64,000 nt of DNA from Macrostomum lignano (lineage: Eukaryota): assembly GCA_002269645.1 (NCBI GenBank), contig NIVC01002532.1:11195-75194 (forward strand), written 5' to 3'. The position numbers and the translations under genes are program-made. Under the pieces are notes generated by a model. It was not told the DNA's origin, ran no database searches, and was given only the letters and a program-made list of their open reading frames with translations. The number at the start of each line of letters is the position of its first letter. The stretch's first letter is position 1. This document shows, one piece after another, positions 9,568-23,011 of this stretch.

Positions 9568-12500
9568 TCACAGCTTCAGGTTGCGCAGGTCGCAGGCTGC
9601 CTCGAACATTGTGGCCATGCTCCAGGCCTGGGCTTGGCAGCTGTGTGGGCAGGGCTGCAGTTCATTGGGGGGGGGGGGGTTGGAGTTGGTCATTGCACGA
9701 GATCGCCTACTAACAAGTAGTTAATAAAGCATCTTGAAGCGAATATCTTATAGCGAGTACAAAAAGGTCAAGACCAGCTTGGACGGTGAACTATGAAGGA
9801 ATGAAAAACATTCGCAGGAGGGTTGTGAAAACCTTGGGCGACATCGTTGAGACAATTCAACAGACTCACACACGCGCGTATACGGGGTGTACAGGGTGAC
9901 TTTCTAGACTGCCTGTGCCTCATCGGGTGTGAATCGCATGACGGCCGATCTCCCAGCCGACTTTTGTGCACAAGCTTCAAGTAAATGTGGCTGCGCACAA
10001 AATAGAACCAACTCTGCCCCCCTACACACACTCTGCCCCCTACACATGCTCTGCCCGCCTAAACACACTCTGCCCCCTACACATGCTCTGCCCCCACTAC
10101 ACACACTCTGCCCCCTTACACATGCTCTGCCCCCTTACACATGCTCTGCCCCTTACACACGCTCTGCCCCCCTACACACACTCTGCCCCTTACACATGCT
10201 CTGCCCCCTTACACATGCTCTGCCCCTTACACATGCTCTGCCCCCCTACACATGCTCTGCCCCCTTACACATGCTCTGCCCCTTACACATGCTCTGCCCC
10301 CCTACACACACTCTGCCCCTTACACATGCTCTGCCCCCTTACACATGCTCTGCCCCTTACACATGCTCTGCCCCCTTACACATGGTCTGCCCCCTTACAC
10401 ATGGTCTGCCCCCTTACACATGCTCTGCCCCCCTACACACACTCTGCCCCTTACACATGCTCTGCCCCCCTACACACACTCTGCCCCTTACACATGCTCT
10501 GCCCCCTTACACATACACATGCTCTGCTCTCTGGATTCTTTACTTGCTACTCTCCAGTAGGCGGTTTTTCATACTGTTGTAGCTGCAGCGGTACTTTTGA
10601 GCAGTGATTAGATGGAAGCTACAACTAATCAATATGAGCAGAAACAGCTGCTGAAGCCTCACCTCTCCATCCCGGTTGGTGAGCTCGGGCAGGCTGTGCC
10701 AGTCGGAGGCCTCCATGGCGGCCTGGCAGCGGGCCAGCACGGCCTGGACGTGACCGACCTGGCCGGAAGGCGGCTCCGAGAAAGCGAGCCGGGCGCGCAG
10801 GTAATAGCCCACCGGCCACAGCCACTCGGGCCCATTGTGATAGGAGAAGCCGCCGGCCACGCTGAAGTCGCCGGAGTCGTCCGAGTTGTCGTAGCGGCCG
10901 CGGTAGGCCGGGTCGGCGGGGTCGAGCGTCCGCATGCCGAGCGGGCCAAGCAGCCGGCGCTCCGTCAGCTCCAGGGCGGCGCGGGCTCGCTCGGCGCTGA
11001 ACAAGAATGGTGCCGTCACCATGGCAACTAGAAAGTTTGGCCGCAACTGCCGGCCTTCGGGGTCGTCGGCGGGATCCACGTCCGGCAGCCAGCGGTCGCG
11101 GTAGTGGCCGGACTCGGGCAGCCAGAAGCGCGGCTCGAACTGCTTGGCGAGGTCGGCGGCCCAGTCGGCCCAGGAGACGAGCCGGCCGCCGTGCTTGACG
11201 CCCTCGTACGGGTAGGCGGACCTGCGCAGGAGCGATAGGCAGAGCGGCACTCAGATAAAATGGACACGAAAACGGCACCAAGGCCAAGAAGCATCTCAGA
11301 GTCACTTGCGCCGCCCCAGAGTTGTTGCAGGTAACACAGGTAAAAAGGAAAGAAGTTACTCTAGACTACTCTCTAAAACGACGAGATGTTACGGTACATG
11401 TCGGCTGAAAGTCGTCTTTGCGATGCTTTTGCAACGAATCTTGAGGCCGTAGAGCCGTATCTGAGGCGTGCTGGAGTCGCTGTAGAATCTTTGAGCTGCG
11501 TCTAAAGCGCATCTGCATCAATTTTATATATTAGAAACGCACTTCACATCTATAAAAACTTGATTTAGGTTTTTTAATTTACGTTAACTTGCGGAGTATT
11601 AACAATAGCCAGGACAACAGATACAGGAATTAACTAGATGGGCCACTCAGCACATTTGCGTGCAATAGGTGCATTATTTTGGGCAACTCCCAACGGCAGC
11701 TCAGAGCTGCCACCTTATTGCTGCAGGGTAAGTTGAAGCTCTGATTAATGAAGCATTGGCAGAGCAAATAATCAGAGCCTAACCTGGGAAATTTGGCCAG
11801 CCGGTCCACCACGGCAGCGCACAGTCCCGTCAGCTCAACAGCGCAGCCGTGACGGGGCGTGGCGGGCACGCCGCGGTTGCCGGCCCGCTCCGAGCCGCCC
11901 ATTTTGTCCATCCAGGTGCCGCAGTTCCAGCGGTTGCCGCCAACTACGAAGGGCCAGCTGAGGCCGGCGGTGACGCGGAAGCCTTCGGGCCGCATGTGCG
12001 AGTCCAGCTGCGGCCCGGCGTTGCGCTCCACAAAGTCGATGCCGTCAGCGTGGCGCTGCAGGGCCTCCTGCATCACCTGGAGAGGCAGGTAGGAGCTTAG
12101 TTAGTTAACGCTGGCTATGACACTGCGTCAATTGACTTAGCGAGGAACCGAGGTACGCTTGCAGCTGCCTATGATGCTAGAAGATGCTCCATGTGTGCTC
12201 AGAAAGACAGACAAGAACAGTTATTAGCAGGGCATTGTACTGTGCATCGCACAATGCACCAATGCATCTTGGAAACTCCGCAGAAGAGCGTAAATTGGCT
12301 CACAACACCAGCAGCTGCGCATTGGACTCTGTTGCTAACCAAAAAACAAAGCTTGCAAATTTTGCAGGAGAAAAGCTCACCTGGTGCAGCGGCTGCACGC
12401 AGTCAAACACCGGCTGAGAATCGTCGGTTGGGAAGAGGCGCAGCACGGGATCGGCAAGGACGCTGGCACCGGACGGCGCCATGGCAACGAACTCGCAGAC

Positions 12501-15500
12501 GCAGTGCAGCCAGTACCACACGGCATCGCGGCAGTTGTACCTGGCGCCGACGCCGCCGCCGCACAGGTTGGGGATGAGGCCGTGGCGCAGGGCGCCGGCG
12601 TAGGCCAGCAGCACCGAGCGGGCGTCGTCCCAGCGGCCGGTGAGCAGCAGGAGGCCGCGCAGGGAGATGAAGGTGTCGCGGCCCCAGTTGCGGAACAGGC
12701 CGGCGGCGAAGTGCGGGAAGCCGGCCGCGATGGACAGCCGCGGCAGCTGGTCGGCCAGCGCCGGCGCCAACGGCGGCAGCGCCGAGTCGGGCGGGTCGCC
12801 GACGAACTGCAGGGAGCCGAGAGACAGACAGAACAGCAGGCGGGAGGCGGCCGGACAGGCGGGCAGCAGCACCGAGCGGGCCCGCGCCAGCAGGGCGTCG
12901 TGAATGCGTATGACAGCCGAGCCAAAGTAGGACGGGATGAGGTAGCGCGGGACCTGCCGCATCGCCTTCAGGTACTCGGACAGCCAGGCGGCCAGCTTGG
13001 GCGCGAAGCCGCACCTGTGGTGCAATGCAGGGAGCTGAGGCTAGTCCCCTGTGTTTATTCCCCTTCCCCTTCGACTATAAGACGTATTGGCTATAATGCC
13101 AATGCCTAAATACCAAGCTGCCAGGACGAACCGCTACTGGCGCAATCCAGGGTCTGTGTACACCTGCAGTACAGGCATTTACCAAGTGTAAACTGGCACT
13201 ACAGCTGCATCCTCACCTCTCAATCCGGCCCAGAACATAGTTGGGCAGCCAGTCACCCTGCCGCAGATTGCCGCACACCGGATGTCCCAGATCCTTGCGC
13301 AGGTTGACCTCCCGCATCAGCCGGCCCAGCCGGTGCAGCCCGCAGTAGACGAGGTCGCCGAAGCTCGGCACATTGTAGATGCCGCCGCCCTCCTCGGCTG
13401 CGCAGCGGAACAGCAGGTAGGACAGGTGGTGAGCGTTCAGGCCGGACACGGCGTCCTCAAGAGATACACCGGACTCGGGCGACTTGCAGCTGAGCAGAGA
13501 CTTCTTCAGGGCCAAGCAGGCCAGCTCCGAGGGCTTGTCGAGCAGAACCCGGATAGCCACCACCTGGCAGGAGTAAAGTAAACAGCTAACTTGAGCACTG
13601 CACGCATGCATTGGGCGTTGGCACTCATCAGCGAGAATTACACAAGCCACAGGCCGCTGACGAAATCGTAGCAGGGAAACCCACAGGTGCCAGTCTAGCT
13701 ACTCACAGTGGCATGGGAAATCCACAGGTGCCAGTGTAGCTACTCACAGTGGCATGGGAAATCCACAGGTGCCAGTGTAGCTACTCACAGTGGCATGGGA
13801 AATCCACAGGTGCCAGTGTAGCTACTCACAGTGGCATGGGAAATCCACAGGTGCCAGTCTAGCTACTCACAGTGGCATGGGAAATCCACAGGCGCCAGTC
13901 TAGCTACTCACAGTGGCATTGTATTACAACTCACCGCTCCTGGCGGCAGGTGTTTGAAGTGCAGGCGGCCGTCACCAAAAGCCACAAGCTGCGACTTCTC
14001 CAGCGGCAGGCGCTCCCGAGCCTCGATCGAGCAGCCCGTCAGGCCGTTGATGACGCTGGGGTCGCGGACGAATTTGGCCGGTGTCTGGCTGAAGGTGAGC
14101 TCGAAGATCACCTCACCAATGCTGCCGCTGATCGGCAGGGACGGCACGTGCGGCCGCGAGTCGGCGGTAGGCGCGGAGAAGGCGGTGTGGGCGATGAGGA
14201 TGACGCTCTGGTGGCTGGCGGGATTGTGCCGGGTGACGGCCACCACGGAGTCGGTCACCTGGTCAACAAACTGCTCTTCGAAGCCTTCGGCGGCCAGATG
14301 GGCGTGCAATTCGTTCAGCAGGCGCTTGCCCTTGGTCACGGCCGGCTCCTTCTCCACCTGGTGGGGCAAATTAGAGTTTAATTTCAGCGGCACATGCGAT
14401 TTCCTGGCATTCAAACAGCACCTACCAGTAGCACCGAGTCATTTTTTGTTCTCAACAAGTACTACTGGTAGTAATAGGATGCAACTCTTTAAACTTTACT
14501 TTTCAAGGCTTAAATTCGCTTTGGCATTTTAGTGCACTATTTAGCACTGAATTGACCATCTTGCAGGCTCAGAACATCCGCCAAGTTACCTGCTGCACAG
14601 TCTGGTACAGACGAGTCTCCTGCACCACGTGGATGTGATGCGGCACAAGCTCGTCGTAGCCGCGGTTGCTGCCCGTGGCGCAAGCGGCCATGGCCACCAG
14701 GGCTGAGGCGGGCAGCAGGTTGTGTGCAGAGCGGGCCTCCACGGGGCTCGGATTGTCGTGAGTGGCGTCGAACAGCAGGGCGCGCGACACCGCCGAGCAG
14801 ATGGGGTGGCTGCGCTCGCGCTGCAGGTCGCCTACAGGCGGGCCGCCGTATCTGCGATGGTTACCGGGCTTGTTAGAGAACTCGGTGATCCAGTGAGAGA
14901 TAAGGGACTGAGTGACGGATACTTGCAAAATACACAAGTGGAAGTCCAACAATTCATAAGACACCAGATTGATAAGGGACTGAGTGACGGATACTTGCAA
15001 AATACACAAGTGGAAGTCCAACAATTCATAAGACACCAGATTGATAAGGGACTGAGTGACGGATACTTGCAAAACACACAAGTGGAAGTCCAACAATTCA
15101 TAATACACCAGATTGATAAGGGACTGAGTGACGGATACTTGCAAAACACACAAGTGGAAGTCCAACAATTCATAAGACACCAGATTGATAAGGGACTGAG
15201 TGACGGATACTTGCAAAACACACAAGTGGAAGTCCAACAATTCATAATACACCAGATTGATAAGGGACTGAGTGACGGATACTTGCAAAACACACAAGTG
15301 GAAGTCCAACAATTCATAATACACCAGATTGATAAGGGACTGAGTGACGGATACTTGCAAAACACACAAGTGGAAGTCCAACAATTCATAAGACACCAGA
15401 TTGATAAGGGACTGAGTGACGGATACTTGCAAAATACACAAGTGGAAGTCCAACAATTCATAAGACACCAGATTGATAAGGGACTGAGTGACGGATACTT

Positions 15501-18500
15501 GCAAAACACACAAGTGGAAGTCCAACAATTCATAATACATCAGATTGATAAGGGACTGAGTGACGGATACTTGCAAAACACACAAGTGGAAGTCCAACAA
15601 TTCATAAGACACCAGATTGATAAGGGACTGAGTGACGGATACTTGCAAAACACACAAGTGGAAGTCCTACAATTCATAATACACCAGATTGATAAGGGAC
15701 TGAGTGACGGATACTTGCAAAATACACAAGTGGAAGTCCTACAATTCATAATACACCAGATTGATAAGGGACTGAGTGACGGATACTTGCAAAACACACA
15801 AGTGGAAGTCCTACAATTCATAAGACACCAGATTGATAAGGGACTGAGTGACGGATACTTGCAAAACACACAAGTGGAAGTCCAACAATTCATAATACAC
15901 CAGATTGATAAGGGACTGAGTGACGGATACTTGCAAAACACACAAGTGGAAGTCCAACAATTCATAATACACCAGATTGATAAGGGACTGAGTGACGGAT
16001 ACTTGCAAAACACACAAGTGGAAGTCCAACAATTCATAAGACACCAGATTGATAAGGGACTGAGTGACGGATACTTGCAAAATACACAAGTGGAAGTCCA
16101 ACAATTCATAAGACACCAGATTGATAAGGGACTGAGTGACGGATACTTGCAAAATACACAAGTGGAAGTCCTACAATTCATAATACACCAGATTGATAAG
16201 GGACTGAGTGACGGATACTTGCAAAATACACAAGTGGAAGTCCTACAGTTCATAATACACCAGATTGATAAGGGACTGAGTTACGGATACTTGCAAAATA
16301 CACAAGTGGAAGTCCTACAATTCATAAGACACCAGATTGATAAGGGACTGAGTGACGGATACTTGCAAAACACACAAGTGGAAGTCCAACAATTCATAAT
16401 ACACCAGATTGATAAGGGACTGAGTGACGGATACTTGCAAAACACACAAGTGGAAGTCCTACAGTTCATAATACACCAGATTGATAAGGGACTGAGTTAC
16501 GGATACTTGCAAAATACACAAGTGGAAGTCCTACAATTCATAAGACACCAGATTGATAAGGGACTGAGTTACGGATACTTGCAAAACACACAAGTGAAAG
16601 TCCTACAGTTCATAAGACATCAGAGTGATAAGGGATGGAGTGACGGATAGCTTGTAAGCCGGTGCCAACACTGCAACTCACTTGTAAACCTGCCTGCCCA
16701 GCTCAAACGGACTCCAAGCGCTTAAAGCCTCCCGAATGCACGAGCTGATGCCCAGCCGGCTGATGAAGATATTGTCCAGCCTCTCCGAGCCGGTGAACAG
16801 CTCGCCAGTAACGTAGAGGTCGGGCCGCACAGCCCGGGCCCTGTCAAGCATGTGCTGCGCCACGTGCAGCGGAGTGGAGTGGCAGTTGTCGAGGCGGACA
16901 GCATGGAACACCCGGGCGGTGCTCTCGGTGTACTCGGCCATGCGCTGCCACAGGTAGGGGCAGTCGTCGGGACCCCGGCCGTAGCGCAGCTTCACTGAGT
17001 CGCCCCAGACGATGAGCTCACGGCGCAGGAATATGTTGCAGTCGGGCTGCTCGGCAAAGTTGCGCATCGGGTCGTCGTTCATCACCCAGCCGTTGTGCGC
17101 CATGACGCGGACGGCCCGGTCAGGCGAGTCAAGGACCTGCCGCTCGCAGCTGGACAGGGGGATGTCAGGCCACTGGTGCAGGAAGTAGTTCCACACCATC
17201 GGCGTGTCCGCTGTGACCCGGCCGAGCAGCTCGCCATCCGGGTTCACGAACCTGGGGAAAGGAGCAACGCGATGGGTTCATCTTTTGCTGACGAAATGTA
17301 CCACCAGCTACAAGCTACACAGTTTGAATTCGCGCCAAAATTTAACTTCTTAGAAACTTCAAACACTGTCAGAAAGCATTAAACAATGTCCCATTTAGCG
17401 CGCTATTATTAAAAAGCGTGCCGAAGGAGTCTGATGTTGACATTTTATAGAATGTATAAAATGATTTGAAACGACCTAGTTAATAAAGCGAAAGAAATAA
17501 CGGAAGAAGCAAACGTAACAGGAGTTAAAGTAAAGTCTTTAAATTCGAGAATCGGCTCGAGCTTCTTTTTCGGTACCAAAAATGAAGCCCAAGGGCATTC
17601 TGGCTATGATTTTAATTGGACTTATCTAAGAGCAGGCTGATTACCAAATCCGAAAATACAAGAAATACCACAATCAGTCAGTCACCTGTATCTGGCGCCA
17701 GCAATAGCATTGTCCACAGCAGCTGAGATGTGAACCGCAATCTCCTTGGCTCGCTCGGCATTAAGATAGTCCAGGTGCTGGCGCAGGCTGGCAGCGGCCC
17801 GGTCCACGGAGGCGGGCAGGTGCCTGACGGGCAGGTAGTGGTACTTGGCGGCCAGGTCCATGCGCACCCTACAGCCGTGCCTGCGATAGGCCGGGTCTGG
17901 CTGCAGCAGCAGCAGCTCTGGGGCCAGCGATTCCAGCTGGCCGGTGGTGGGGCAGTGCCCGGACACCAGGTAGGCGGAGAACTCGGCCACCAGGTTGTCC
18001 ACGTGGCACAAGTAGAAATCGGAAATATTTAGTCCCTCCAAGATAGCGCGCAGTTTCTGCTTGGCCTAAAATGGGTACGACAGGCTGCCCTTGATTGGCT
18101 GACCACTTGGGTAGCTACTGAAACCCAAGCTGCTTAAACCCAAGCTACTCAAACCCAAGCTGCTCAAACCCAAGCTGCTCAAACCCAAGCTACTGAAACC
18201 CAAGCTGCTTGAACCAAAGCTGCTCAAACCCAAGCTCCTCAAACCCAAGCTACCCAAACCCAAGCTGCGCAAACCCAAGCTACTCAAACCAAAGCTACTC
18301 AAACCCAAGCTACTCAAACGAAAGCTGCTCAAACCCAAGCTACTCAAACCCAAGCTGCTCAAACCTAAGCTACTCAAACCCAAGCTACTCAAACCCAAGC
18401 TGCTCAAACGAAAGCTGCTCAAACCCAAGCTGCTCAAACCCAAGCTACTCAAACCCAAGCTGCTCAAACGAAAGCTGCTCAAATCCAAGCTACTCAAACC

Positions 18501-20617
18501 CAAGCTGCTCAAACCCAAGCTACTCAAACCCAAGCTGCTCAAACCCAAGCTGCTCAAACGAAAGCTGCTCAAATCCAAGCTACTCAAACCCAAGCTGCTC
18601 AAACCCAAGCTACTCAAACCCAAGCTACTCAAACCCAAGCTGCTTAAACGAAAGCTGCTAAAACCCAAGCTACTCAAACCCAAGCTGCTCAAACGAAAGC
18701 TGCTCAAACCCAAGCTGCTCAAACCCAAGCTACTCAAACCCAAGCTACTCAAACCCAAGCTGCTTAAACGAAAGCTGCTAAAACCCAAGCTACTCAAACC
18801 CAAGCTGCTCAAACGAAAGCTGCTAAAACCCAAGCTGCTCAAACCCAAGCTACTCAAACCCAAGCTACTCAAACCCAAGCTGCTTAAACGAAAGCTGCTA
18901 AAACCCAAGCTACTCAAACCCAAGCTGCTCAAACCCAAGCTACTCAAACCCAAGCTACTCAAACCCAAGCTGCTCAAACGAAAGCTGCTCAAACCCAAGC
19001 TACTGAAACCCAAGCTGCTCAAACCCAAACTACTCAAACCCAAGCTGCTCAAACGAAAGCTGCTCAAACCCAAGCTGCTCAAACCCAAGCTACTTAAACC
19101 CAAGCTACTCAAACCCAAGCTACTCAAGCCAAGCTACTCAAACGAAAGCTGCTCAAACCCAAGCTACTAAAACCCAAGCTGCTCAAACCCAAGCTACTTA
19201 AACCTAAGCTGCTCAAACGAAAGCTGCTCAAACCCAAGCTACTTAAACCCAAAGCTACCCAAAACGACCAAAATCCAGTCACTGAAGCTCCTCAAACCTT
19301 CTCCAGATGCTCCTCCGTGGAAACTTTGTCTCCAAGGCCGTCAGCTTTGTAGTCGCCCCTAGCGATGCACTCGGACCAGTGCACGATGGCCCGATCAACC
19401 AGATAGGCGGGTCGCAGGTGCGGTGTGTTCACCAAGTTGTAGGCGCACTCGGGGTGCTCGGCAATCCAGGGCGAATCGTTGGCCGTGTGGTTGAAGACGA
19501 GATCGGCCATAGACAGCAGGCCGAGCTCCGTCTGCAGCCGTTCGATCAGGGCCGAAATCTGCGGCCAATCGGCGGCGAAGGCTGGATTTGGTTTGAGCTG
19601 GTCGCGCAGCGAGTAGGCAGAGTGGGAGTAGCCCAGCTCCTGCAGCGGCGTGAAGTGAATCATGTTGTAGCCGCAGGCTGCCGCCACAGACAGGCGGGGC
19701 AGCCAGCCGGACAGCGGGCCCAGGCTCTTGGCCAGGTAAGTCTGCACCTTCAGGCCCTGTAAGTGGGAATGGTAGAAGGAATCACTTAAGTCAGCTGAAA
19801 TGCCAAGCTGACCAGCAGAGCTACTCGTATTACTAAGGAACGAATTCCCGAACTCAAAATAGATTTCTAATTCATCATTAGCCTGATGGCTTTCGAAACC
19901 TTATAAAGATCCTCGCCTTAACAACAGATATGGAATGAAAAGCTGGTGGTGTCCTTAGGTGCAAAAGCAAAAATAGATTGCTTTGATAAAATTTTGCCTT
20001 TTACTTTTCTGGTCACTACTAAAGTCCAACTACCAAGGCGAAGTGTGCAACTCAGACAATGAAGTCAAGGCCGCGGTGCACTCTGTGAGTGCTGTGTGCT
20101 CACGGATCAGCAAAATAAGCAAAACTCCTTAACTGACGCCTTGATCTGCACCCTGCAAACCAACTCAAGGACTCATTCAACATGCTGGCAAGTTTCAATA
20201 AGTTCAAGCACGAACCTCCAGCGGCACGGAGAGCGGCAGCTGCGGCTCTACCACGAAGCTTCCAACGGCCACAGCAGCCTGGGTCGCCGCCTCCTCGCCA
20301 CCGACAGCCGGACGCAGAAGCCGGAAATCAAAGCAGCCAGCCTGGCAGATGAGCAGATCGGCGCAGGCATCGAAACAGTCCAGCGGGTGAGCCGAGGTGA
20401 AGCCCAGGCGGCGCCAGGCGGATCGGCTGAAGGCCGCATCGGCAGCGGGCGGGTGGTTGGTCTCGAGCAGCAGGTTGCTGTGCTGGCCGACCAGGCTGTG
20501 GTGCAGGGTGAAGCGCAGCAAATCGCCAGCCCGCAGGCGGTGCAGGGCTCCCTCTGTGTTCAGGCCGTCGCTGAGCGGCAGCTCCAGCACCTCGCCGGCG
20601 TCGCTGTTGGTGTCCAT
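9568..20617 (-). CDS. AGL: Glycogen debranching enzyme (amylo-alpha-1,6-glucosidase / 4-alpha-glucanotransferase), 11 exons, ~1471 aa
   Basis: Exons (minus): 20617-20216, 19756-19298, 18065-17686, 17251-16682, 14851-14590, 14357-13935, 13563-13217, 13014-12381, 12076-11784, 11221-10663, 9654-9568. All are GT-AG with consistent phases (sum 4416 nt). Motifs [69 protein letters not shown]. Confidence 0.97.
10000..10525. repeat. 18-20-bp minisatellite in AGL intron 10
   Basis: CTCTGCCCC(C)TACACATG units; source of the spurious PLHMLC/THALP ORFs. Confidence 0.95.
13682..13918. repeat. 41-bp tandem repeat (~6 copies) in AGL intron 6
   Basis: CACAGGTGCCAGTGTAGCTACTCACAGTGGCATGGGAAATC. Confidence 0.95.
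14899..16650. repeat. 72-bp tandem repeat (~24 copies) filling AGL intron 4
   Basis: Unit starts at 14899 and 14971 (GATAAGGGACTGAGTGACGGATAC...); explains the 642-aa and related periodic ORFs. Confidence 0.97.
18120..19258. repeat. 15-bp minisatellite (~75 copies) in AGL intron 2
   Basis: AAACCCAAGCT(A/G)CTC with AAACGAAAGC variants. Confidence 0.97.
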
Positions 20618-20794
20618 GAGTGAGGCCTCTGCAAGAGTCAGGCCAACATATCAGGACATAGAGGGGTGCAGACACAACAGATCGAAACAAATAAAGCTAC
20701 TCATCACAAAGAATGAAACTTTTACAGCGGAATAATCAACAGTGGTTACATGAAGGGCAGATAGTGATGACGTGGAGGGCCAGACACTGGGTGC

Positions 20795-21650
20795 ATAAAG
20801 GGTCGGACAGCGGGTACATGGAAGGGCGGACAGCGGGCGCATGGGTGTGGACGGTGGGTACATGGAAGGGCGGACAGCGGGCGCATGGGTGTGGACGGTG
20901 GGTACATGGAAGGGCGGACAACGGGCGCATGGGTGTGGACGGTGGGTACATGGAAGGGCGGACAGCGGGCGCATGGGTGTGGACGGTGGGTACATGGAAG
21001 GGCGGACAGCGGGCGCATGGGTGTGGACGGTGGGTACATGGAAGGGCGGACAGCGGGCGCATGGGTGTGGACGGTGGGTACATGGAAGGGCGGACAGCGG
21101 GCGCATGGGTGTGGAAGGTGGGTACATGGAAGGGCGGACAGCGGGCGCATGGGTGTGGACGGTGGGTACATGGAAGGGCGGACAGCGGGCGCATGGGTGT
21201 GGAAGGTGGGTACATGGAAGGGCGGACAGCGGGCGCATGGGTGTGGACGGTGGGTACATGGAAGGGCGGACAGTGGGCGCATGGGTGTGGACGGTGGGTA
21301 CATGGGGGCGGAAAGTGGATACATGGGGGCGGACGGCGGGTACAGGGGGCGGAAAGTGGGTGCATGGAGGGGCGGACAATGGGTACCTAGAGGGGTGGAC
21401 AGTGGGTACATGGAGGGGCGGACAATGAGTACATAGAGGGGCAGACAGTGGGTACATGGAGGGGCGGACAGTGGGTACATGGAGGGGCGGACAGTGGGTA
21501 CATGGGGGCGGACAGTGAGTACATGGGGGCGGACAGTGGGTACATGGGTGCGGACGGGTGGGTACATGGAGGGGCGGACAGTGGGTACATGGGGGGACAG
21601 TGGGTACATGGGGGCGGACAGTGGGTACATGGGGCGGACGGGTGGGTACA
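20795..21650. repeat. 44-bp G-rich tandem repeat grading into ~21-23-bp degenerate units, upstream of the AGL ATG
   Basis: GGTACATGGAAGGGCGGACAGCGGGCGCATGGGTGTGGACGGTG. Confidence 0.95.
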
Positions 21651-22235
21651 CTGAGGGTGCGGATAGGCTTCTGAGCGATAGGCTTCCGGCTTCCGGTGCT
21701 GATGTGATTTAAGAGCGAGAGAAATGTTTCCAACGGGGCGCCCCCACAGGTGCCTGGCACTAGCAAACACAACAGAGGAGCGGCGGAGAAGTCTAGCTGA
21801 TAGTCTCAGACAGACAATTTCGGGTCAGGCTTATCAAGCCAGCCAAGAGCTAGCAAATTACTTGTGACTGACGGCCACAAAAGCGTAACAGAAATAAATC
21901 TGAGTAAAGCAAACAGCTTAGCAAGCTGCACTTGTCAGAATTCTCACTCAGGAACACAGGCGGAAAAGCAGAGCAGATCTCCCGCGCCAATGAGTGCACT
22001 GGAGTTCAATCCGGCGTGTATTTTTTGCAAAACTGCAAACTTAGGAAAAATTAATTTATCAAAGGATTTTCTAATTCCAGGCGGCATCAGGCAGCAACAA
22101 CAATGTTGCAAAGAATCGCAATTAAAACTAATTTAACTAGCTAACAGATAGCAGTCACTGGGCAGCATAGCACGGAACAGGGGAAGGAGGGAAAAATGCT
22201 GAGGCTGCCGTTTCCTAAACTATAGCAACAAAATA

Positions 22236-22400
22236 ACTGCATGTACAGGTGATTAGCCAGCACTGCGGCCAGGCCAAACTGCATGTACAGGTGATTAGCC
22301 AGCACTGCGGCCAGGCCAAACTGCATGTACAGGTGATTAGCCAGCACTGCGGCCAGGCCAAACTGCATGTACAGGTGATTAGCCAGCACTGCGGCCAAGA
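22236..22400. repeat. 42-bp tandem repeat (4 copies)
   Basis: ACTGCATGTACAGGTGATTAGCCAGCACTGCGGCCAGGCCAA. Confidence 0.95.
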
Positions 22401-22497
22401 CAGGGGCCAAACTGCATTAACAAAAATAGCATTTATGCAGGAACATCAAACTACAATGAGTGCACTATTCAGATCAGAAAGTACATGTAGCAGGCAC

Positions 22498-22730
22498 AAT
22501 TGAACTAAGCCTTGCAAGCATGATCGCATTCGAATACTCTCAGAATGTTAAAGTTAGCCGACAAAAGTCCCAATTGAACTAAGCCTTGCAAGCATGATCG
22601 CATTCGAATACTCTCAGAATGTTAAAGTTAGCCGACAAAAGTCCCAATTGAACTAAGCCTTGCAAGCATGATCGCATTCGAATACTCTCAGAATGTTAAA
22701 GTTAGCCGACAAAAGTCCCAATTGAACTAA
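22498..22730. repeat. 74-bp perfect tandem repeat (3 copies)
   Basis: Units start at 22498, 22572, 22646; partial at 22720. Confidence 0.95.
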
Positions 22731-23011
22731 AAATTCATTTTAATGGCTGGCCGACTGGAAATCAAAAGCCACGAAAGCGCGGCGAACTCAACGCGGACAA
22801 ATATTGGGTGGTAGAAAGCTTATGACCGAGCACGGTAATCTAGCTGCATAGCAACAGCAATCAGTTCCCTTGGATACAAGAGCGTATTTACAGGGCCTAC
22901 CGCTGCTGTCTTCTCTATATAAGCATCCCAAAGGCAGCCAGAGTCAATTTGTTCAATGCAGCAAAGATTAGGAAAACACTGGGCATTGATAAGCGGCTGG
23001 GAATGCCCGGA

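Noticed and set aside
12384-13109. Long antisense ORFs over exons (also at 3615-4493, 36206-36889, 54765-55895)
   Set aside because: Expected shadow frames of GC3-rich coding exons; no independent motifs.
14722-16650. 642-aa repeat ORF and overlapping periodic ORFs as real proteins
   Set aside because: They are the 72-bp intronic array read in open frames; AGL splices cleanly across it.
18066-19127. Ser/Leu/Gly-rich 353-aa ORF
   Set aside because: 15-bp minisatellite inside AGL intron 2; flanking exons join in phase 0 without it.
20651-21772. Pro/His/Cys-rich and Gly/Trp-rich ORFs
   Set aside because: Translations of the 44-bp array in all six frames; no domain content.
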